Below the pieces are notes generated by a model. The model had not been told where the DNA came from. It saw only the letters and a list, made by a program, of their open reading frames with translations, and searched no databases. From Octopus sinensis (taxonomy: Eukaryota), in assembly GCF_006345805.1 (NCBI RefSeq), contig NC_043000.1, forward strand, positions 136,400,001 to 136,464,000: DNA of 64,000 bases, in the 5' to 3' direction. This document shows, piece after piece, positions 56,571 through 64,000 of the stretch; positions within the stretch are counted from its first letter, which is position 1, and every line of letters begins with the position of its first letter. The position numbers and the translations under genes were made by a program.

Positions 56571-57796
56571 TACATAATTTCAGTTCTACGATGGACTTTA
56601 GTTTTTTTTGGCGGTGGGGATCGAAAGGAACGATTATTTGTGTCTTTGAGAGACTACTTTTAAAACCACATATTCTCATAAGTGCAACGATTGTCTAGTA
56701 AATTCACTTTCCCAGCCCTTAATTCGGATAAGCGAAGACGGTTACTACGGTTGTGAATAGATATCGTCACACATCGAATTCATTAGGATTAACTAGATCG
56801 AATGTAAATCTTCCCTTATGCCGCGGTCGAGGGCAGTACTTTCATAACATCTGGCATATCCGGCTGGTATTTGAACTGAAGCATACAGAATAAAGTGTTC
56901 TACACGAAAACGCCATAAAATGGACATTTGCACCTTTTCGAAAACAAAATTGCTCCTTTTCGAAAAGAAAATGCAGAAAATTTTAAGAAAATGTAATCAT
57001 AATATGGAAACTCATTGGTAACACTTTAAACATTTTCTCTTCTTCAAGTATGAATAAGCCTAATGGAAAATATCTCAGGGATGCGTTCTGCATACTAAAT
57101 TGGCAAGCGTAGGACCTCACATGTGTAATATAATGAGTTGAAAATCTTCAATTAAGCGAGATTATCCATGCAATTAGTAAGGGAAAATTCCTTCGAAACG
57201 TGTTTAAAATCAAAAAATAACAAGGAGGGAGTAAACGCCAATAACAATCAACTAATCGAAATTTTTAAATTAATGAAAATGCAGATGGATGTTAATGACT
57301 CAAAATGCTGTTTTCTCTCCTTTGACTTCTTTCAAAATATCGATGAAGACTATTAACCATACTGTTTAAAGAAACGCGAAAAAAACCCTCTTTTTTTTTG
57401 AAATTTGAATTTTCATATCTCATGTAAGTATAAATAATTGTTATTTCTGTTGGCACAAAATTTAAATAATTTTACTCATATGATGTTTTAATTTATTTAT
57501 AGTTGAATATCCTTATGATAATTTCACAAAATTAGAATTTTCTCCAGAGATATTTACTGAAAAATTCACTCAAACATACCGTACTTGTTATCGTACTGTT
57601 AATATCTTACGAATAAGATTGTTCGGGGCAGATATTTAGAAAATTATGCAAACACAATTTTTGTGTAATATTATTAGGAAATCTAATCCGGAGGAAGAAT
57701 TTACTGTTTCTTGTACAACATACGCACATATATACGTATATATGTACATATCTCTCTCCCCTCCCACTCTCTCTTTCTCTCTCTCTCTCACTCTCA

Positions 57797-57860
<64 letters not shown>

Positions 57861-58000
57861 TATATGTATATATATTTATATATAACATGTGTATATGTGC
57901 ATATGATCAGAATCTGTTCAAACTCTACGATTTGAAAATTTATTGACGTCAAGCTGTTTTGGACTTACCTTACCCTCAGGTAATATTGATACTTGGAGAA

Positions 58001-58220
58001 GGTGGATGGGTAGCAGAGTCGTTAGTACGATGGGCTAAATGCTTAGCGGCATTTCATCCGTCTTCACGTTCTAAATTCAAATTCCGCTGAGATCGACTTT
58101 GCCTTTCATCCTTTTAAGATCAATAAAATAGGCAACATTTGAGCACTGGAGTTGATGTAATCTACCTACCACTTTTCACAAACTTGCTTGGCCTTGTGCC
58201 GAAATTTGAAACAACTATTA
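58001..58220 (+). mobile_element. SINE family C, diverged
   Basis: Body AAATTCCGCTGAGATCGACTTTGCCTTTCATCC. Confidence 0.8.
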
Positions 58221-58224
58221 ATAC

Positions 58225-58539
58225 AGTTCTATATTAACCACTACGCTCTTAACCACTACGCCATACGCCAACGGCGTAGTGGTTAAGAGCGCGGGCTACT
58301 AACCCCAGGATTCCGAGTTCGATTTCAAGCAGTGACCTGAACACTAACAGTAATACTACTACTACTACTAATAATAATAACATCGAAAAATACTTTTGGA
58401 ATGAGAACCCAGGTTCGGAATTTCCGCAAGACACCTGAAGAAGGCTGGAGAGTATATCAGCCGAAACGTTGTGTTAACAACAAACAAGATGAGGACAAAT
58501 ATCCATCAAATGTAAATAATGTAAATAATGTAAATAATT
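58225..58539 (+). mobile_element. tRNA-derived SINE carrying a hammerhead ribozyme motif
   Basis: Head GGCGTAGTGGTTAAGAGCGCGGGCTACTAACCCC...GAGTTCGATT; HHR at 58430-58475; (ATGTAAATA)3 tail; 11-bp TSD ACTATTAATAC at 58214-58224 and 58540-58550. Confidence 0.85.
58430..58475 (+). ncRNA. Minimal type I hammerhead ribozyme motif
   Basis: GACAC-CTGAAGA-A-GGCTG gagagtatat CAGCC-GAAA-CG-TT-GTGTT. Stems I and II paired, palindromic ACGT stem III, GUU site. Confidence 0.75.
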
Positions 58540-58740
58540 ACTATTAATACTTGGAGAGGAGAAATGTGACGTCACGGGCAAGGATTAGACCTAAATAAAA
58601 TATTTTGCATATGCAACATGTTGAGAAACTTTTCTGTTGCAGACAGTCAGTGTCAATAACTATAACGAGAAAAAGTGTATTGCATTATTCATAATGTATG
58701 GTAATATAGCTATATATATCTATCTATCTGTTCTATATCT

Positions 58741-58813
<73 letters not shown>

Positions 58814-59072
58814 ATATATTTATATATAATGTTGTATATATTATGTATATATATGTATATATATATATTAGATATATATATATATGTATATAATATATAT
58901 ATATATATATATGTATATTATATCGTATGTATTATATTGTATATATATATTATATACATAAAATTATATATATATGTATATATATGTATATATGTATATT
59001 GGTATAATATATATGTATATATATATTATGTATATATATATTATATATATATGTTTATATATATATATATAT

Positions 59073-59109
<37 letters not shown>

Positions 59110-59121
<12 letters not shown>

Positions 59122-59410
59122 ACTCTCAAAACTCGACTCCGTCGGTCACGAAGGACCATGGGTGCCACCTAAGTGATTCCCCTCCGGGGTACAGGTCTGG
59201 GTGGAAAGTCGCCTCAGCGGCGAACGCACAACCTAAGGTTGTTTTTATGGAAGACCAATAGTCGCCCATGCATACCAGCCTCCCCTCTCCACGCCACCGA
59301 TGTCATCTAAAGAAAGCAAAGGCTAATGCTCAAAAGCACAACACGCAACCCGTTCCGGGAATCGAACTCCCAACCTCACGATCGTAAGCTTGACGCTCTA
59401 ACCACTGACC
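59110..59410. mobile_element. RTE-associated repeat (+) abutting an inverted tRNA-like SINE head (-)
   Basis: 59260-59305 matches 25.2 kb; 59335-59410 on minus reads GGTCAGTGGTTAGAGCGTCAAG...GAGTTCGATTCCCGG. Confidence 0.65.
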
Positions 59411-59559
59411 ATTTATATGAAATTACTCTATTACTTATACTGATTGTGCTGTTTCGACTTATGGACAAATAAGTGATATTATATTCTCTTGGTTTGAATT
59501 TCTTATTTGTTTGGAACGGGAAAAGTGTATTACATTATTCATAATATATAATTGTAATT

Positions 59560-59990
59560 TATCTGTATATAATTTAAATGGTTTTAGTAATTGAAAGGCT
59601 TTGTATGAAGGCAAGATTTATAGATTTTAGCTTCTCCCTTGTGCAAAGATTACATCTGCTGCCTCGTCCGTTATATTCTTGGTTGCGATAATTCATCTTA
59701 TGAAAGGATTATGCACACTTCCATCCTTCGTGTTTAACGAATTTAACAAAGAATTTAAATAGTATTTTTTTGTTTAGAGCATTAATGGTATTTTTAGGGA
59801 AAGCTACGAAAATTTTCAGATTTTATTAAGTGTCAGAGATATTGGTTCTGCATATCAGCTCTTTTTTTAGACACCTGTTACTTAAAGGACAATACGTAGT
59901 GTATCTATACTTACAAAGGGTTTTGTAATGGTGCAGTTTGTCTAGTTTGCTTCTGTACACATAAACTTCTGAAATTGATTTACCATAAAG
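59560..59990 (-). pseudogene. Decayed PLE GIY-YIG endonuclease
   Basis: YCPLSNRCLKKELI and YNGRGSRCNLCTREKL match CPL.G.CL...IY and Y.....CNLC..EKL; many stops. Confidence 0.65.
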
Positions 59991-60025
59991 ACAGCAACAA
60001 GTTACAAGTTGCAGTTAATATACAA

Positions 60026-60063
<38 letters not shown>

Positions 60064-60065
60064 TA

Positions 60066-60362
60066 TACAGGTAAAAATTAATAAAATAAAAAATCATACC
60101 AGTGGTTAGCATGCGTAAAAGAAGTCCGTAGACTTAAATATTTTTGTAACATATATAAGTGTACAATCAAAGTTCTCTAAATAAGAATGTTTTTCATGGT
60201 TTGATGTTTTGACCATCCTTTTTAGCATGTAAGAAGACCACCTAGTGGCCTTCTCTCCGTGTATATATTTTTATACATTCATAAGATATTCATGCCTACG
60301 GACTTTTTTTACGCGTGCTAACCACTGGTATAAATTATTATTTTAATAATTTGTACCCTTAT
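60066..60362. mobile_element. MITE with ~60-bp imperfect TIRs (TA-flanked, Tc1/mariner-like)
   Basis: ATACCAGTGGTTAGCATGCGTAAAAGAAGTCCGTAG and its reverse complement; internal part recurs at ~60700-60810. Confidence 0.75.
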
Positions 60363-60868
60363 ATTTATGTATTTAAGTATTTAATTCTTGGGTTAGATAA
60401 TTCACTGTTGAATTTATTCACTGCTGTACTATTCTGGCTCCGCACGTTGATTGTGGACATTTTGATTTGAATTCTTCATCTGTTAAGATGAAGCTAAATA
60501 CGCACGTGTTTTCTTCTTTTTTGTTTTCGGTACGTATTCTAGTTTTATGATTATGTATCTTCAGCGATTCTACTCAAGATTCACGGTTAGTTGATCAATT
60601 AATTAATTAATTTATTTATTTAATCACTAACGGTGAAACTTCAGAGTATAGAATTAACTGATATTTTAATTCTTTCAATTTGTCCTTCTCGCTTACAATC
60701 TAAGTGCTCTAAATAACAATGTTTTTCGTGGTTTGGGGTTTTGACTGCCCTTTTTAGCATCATGTAAGAAGACCACTTAGCGGTTTTCTCTCCGTGCAAA
60801 AATGTTTATACACACACACACACATGCATATACGTACATAGACAAATATATGCATACATACATTTATA

Positions 60869-61093
60869 CCTATTTCTTTATTACCCACAAGGGGCTAAAC
60901 ATAGAGGGGACAGACAAAGGTATTAAGTCGATTACATCGACCCCAGTGCATAGCTGGTACTTAATTTATCGACCCTGAAAGGATGAAAGGCAAAGTCGAC
61001 CTCGGCGGAATTTGAACTCACAACGTAACGACAGGCGAAATACCGCTCAGCATTTCGCCCGGCGCGCTAACGTTTCTGCCAGCTCGCCGCCTT
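60869..61093 (-). mobile_element. SINE family C
   Basis: Reverse complement of the family C consensus. Confidence 0.9.
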
Positions 61094-61276
61094 GTCTATA
61101 TACATATATATACCAACAGACTAACTTATACGCACTCACTCATGTTGGCATTCTCAGATCTATAACTATCATAACACTATTGAATGATATGGATACATAG
61201 AGAACAGCGGCAGGGAGGGAGGGAGAGGAAACTAAATCCGAAGGAGGTTCACGAAGCTGTTACTTCAAATGTATTA

Positions 61277-61675
61277 TGCGCAGGAGTGGCTGTGTCGTAA
61301 GTAGCTTGCTAACCAACCACATGGTTCCGGGTTCAGTCCCACTGCATGGCATCTTGGGTAAGTGTCTTCTGCTATAGCCCCGGGCCGACCAAATCCTTGT
61401 GAGTGGATTTGGTAGACGGAAACTGAAAGAAGCCTGTCGAATATATGTATATATATATATATATGTATGTGTGTGTTTGTGTGTCTGTGTTTGTCCCCCT
61501 AGAATTGCTTAACAACCGATGCTGGTGTGTTTACGTCCCCGTCACTTAGCGGTTCGGCTAAAGAGGCCGATAGAATAAGTACAAAGAATAAGTCCCGGGT
61601 CGATTTGCTCGACTAAAGGCGGTGCTCCAGCATGGTCGCAGTCAAATGACTGAAACAAGTAAAAGAGTAAAAGAG
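61277..61675 (+). mobile_element. SINE family B
   Basis: Matches 2128-2544. Confidence 0.9.
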
Positions 61676-62362
61676 AGAGAGAGAGAGTATGTGAATAGAC
61701 AATTCAGATGAATTATAAAAAGAATGAAATACAATACAATAAAATTAAATTAAATTAAACTAAATAAAATAAAGATTATGTGAAGGACTGGGATTAAAGA
61801 AAAGGTATATTGTAAAATCATTCAAATAAAATATTGAAAAATACGAATTAAAATCTAATACGGAATTAGAATCTAAGTAGAATATAATATGAAGTCCAGA
61901 CCAATGCATAAAAACTATTCGTGAGGTATCTATTGAATATATAGATACCAGACTGTCTGTGAAAAAAAGTAGTATTACTTATTAGTAATATTTAGTGCGA
62001 GAGAATAATAGGTGGATGGCTGTATTTGGTGAAGGTATCCTCTATACGCCGAGAAAGTAAAACGGCTTTCGTTCGCTTTCTTTTTTAAAATCTCTTGTGT
62101 ACAAATGAATCCTTTTGTCAGTTGCAGTAATGAATTGTTTTCGAGATTGTTCTTGATTCTTTAAAATTTAGATCGCTTAAAAGTTATCTTCCTGCTGACC
62201 GTGTATATTTACGGAGATGAATAGGTCACCCGCCCGATCAAAACCTTCGTTGATGAAGCTTATTGTTAATTAAGTATAGAATAAATATTATTAGGTTTAT
62301 AATTTCCGCATACGTTACTAAACAAATCTTACCGAGAGACAAGAAATTCATGAAAATACTTA

Positions 62363-62400
<38 letters not shown>

Positions 62401-62588
62401 CATCGATACTTTTCCATTCCATAAAGACAGCATAGGGATGAAATGCATAAAATAGATCTTCTTGATGTATGGGAGAAAGTGATTCTAGTAAGATACAATT
62501 TTCCTTATCTTTTAAGTTCGAATGTAAAGGTTAGAAAGAACAAAGCAAAAGAAAAAGAAAGATGGGGGAATATAGAAGGGAAGAGTAG

Positions 62589-62646
<58 letters not shown>

Positions 62647-62746
62647 CAGAAGCCGAAGGACTGTGCAAGTATATAGTATTTTATAACGCTTGGCAATCTA
62701 CGTTACTGTGATATAACAAAAAAAGCATGCATGCACATATACATAT

Positions 62747-62808
<62 letters not shown>

Positions 62809-62927
62809 GTATATATATCGAGAGAGAGAAATACTTCTATACATATATATGTATGTATATATAAACTTGCATATATATACATATATATAATATATATATT
62901 GTGCATATACATATAAACTTGCATATG

Positions 62928-62966
<39 letters not shown>

Positions 62967-63503
62967 TATATATGTACATATGTATATGTGTATTCATGCT
63001 GGAGACCATGCATATTGGAGAGTATAAAAGGGAGAGGGGGAAAGGAAGGGAAGGAGACAGAAAAGTAAATAAATGAATGTCTATGAAGCAAGGCGAAATA
63101 GATTCATGTATTTATACGCAAGCGTCGAGGACAGGAAAAGAGAAAGAAGACAGAGACACTGTGAAGTGTAGAAGATAGAGGAATGACGTAAATGGAAGCA
63201 TAATTATTGACAGAACAGAGAGAACAATTGATCTGTACTTAAGTCTAATACAATAAAATAATGTACCAAACTCAATAAAACAAAACAGATTCGTCTGGTG
63301 TTTTCATACAAAGTACTTTTAGATAATGCAAGTTAGAAAGATGAACTCTGAATATTCAAAGGGTATTTAAAACACTTCAAGGAATTTCCAATCTTTTGAA
63401 GAATCTCACAGAAAGTCTTCTTCAGTGGGAATATTATATTCTGGTAAGGGCTCTTAAAGATGAATTGGTCGTAGAATTTGAAAAGTCGAAAGGAGACGTC
63501 AAT

Positions 63504-63686
63504 ATGAAAACGCAATCATTTGTAGTATTGATTGCAATAATGGTCACTGTTTACCATAACGTACATGGTACCTTTATATTGCGGTCTCCAGATGAGCTGC
63601 GAGAGATGTATTGCTTTCCACTAGGTGTTGAAATAATGTGTCGTATATACATGTTTCTAAAGTTACCTTCTGTAAAGTCTAAATAA
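63504..63686 (+). CDS. Candidate small secreted protein or first coding exon
   Basis: MKTQSFVVLIAIMVTVYHNVHG-TFILRSPDELREMYCFPLGVEIMCRIYMFLKLPSVKSK*. Signal-peptide-like N-terminus within a 96-codon open frame in non-repeat DNA. Confidence 0.25.
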   Translation: MKTQSFVVLIAIMVTVYHNVHGTFILRSPDELREMYCFPLGVEIMCRIYMFLKLPSVKSK

Positions 63687-64000
63687 AACTGTACACTAAT
63701 GTCTAACAACTTCTTTTTAGCACAAAATACAATCTCCTTGTTGAAATAGAAGTTGCCATGAGGTTACTATGAATCAAAGGTGGCATAGTTACATTGGTAT
63801 TAATTATGTAACAGAAGGCTGCTATAATTCATTCAGTTGGTACTTGGAATAGAATGTGTGAGATCGTTAGTTAACATTTAAATACGTATTGCTCAATATC
63901 TAGTGATACCTGTCAGAAAATACAATTGTATAGTTCTTATCAAAATTCTTACTAAATTTGCTGCCACACACATGTTGAATAAGTATTATGCAATAAATCA

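Noticed and set aside
60515-60570. Minus-strand CTGAAGA...CCGAAA as a hammerhead
   Set aside because: Stem II is poor, and there is no NUH site or stem I; other CTGANGA hits (e.g. ~4895, 8668, 24267) lack a downstream GAAA.

Overview
AT-rich eukaryotic DNA dominated by (TA)n/(CA)n/(TAGA)n microsatellites, probably from an octopus. The species call is inferred from recalled tRNA-derived SINE families, not checked against a database. I cannot confidently identify any intact host gene, only weak exon/ORF candidates. Contents: about 30 copies of four or five SINE families; LINE fossils (RTE, R4/Dong-like); DNA transposon fossils (Tigger/pogo, two internally deleted Tc1/mariner elements, hAT fossils and a hAT MITE, two non-autonomous Helitrons); many Penelope-like element (PLE) pieces. 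The strongest hidden signal is a set of about ten hammerhead-ribozyme (HHR) motifs. A ~1.4 kb unit (51.94-53.32 kb) carries only a GIY-YIG endonuclease frame, with no reverse transcriptase, between a decayed HHR and a fully canonical type I HHR. A tRNA-headed SINE at 58.2-58.5 kb carries its own HHR. Several PLE tails share the same non-canonical HHR cores. All family assignments come from manual translation and motif recognition.
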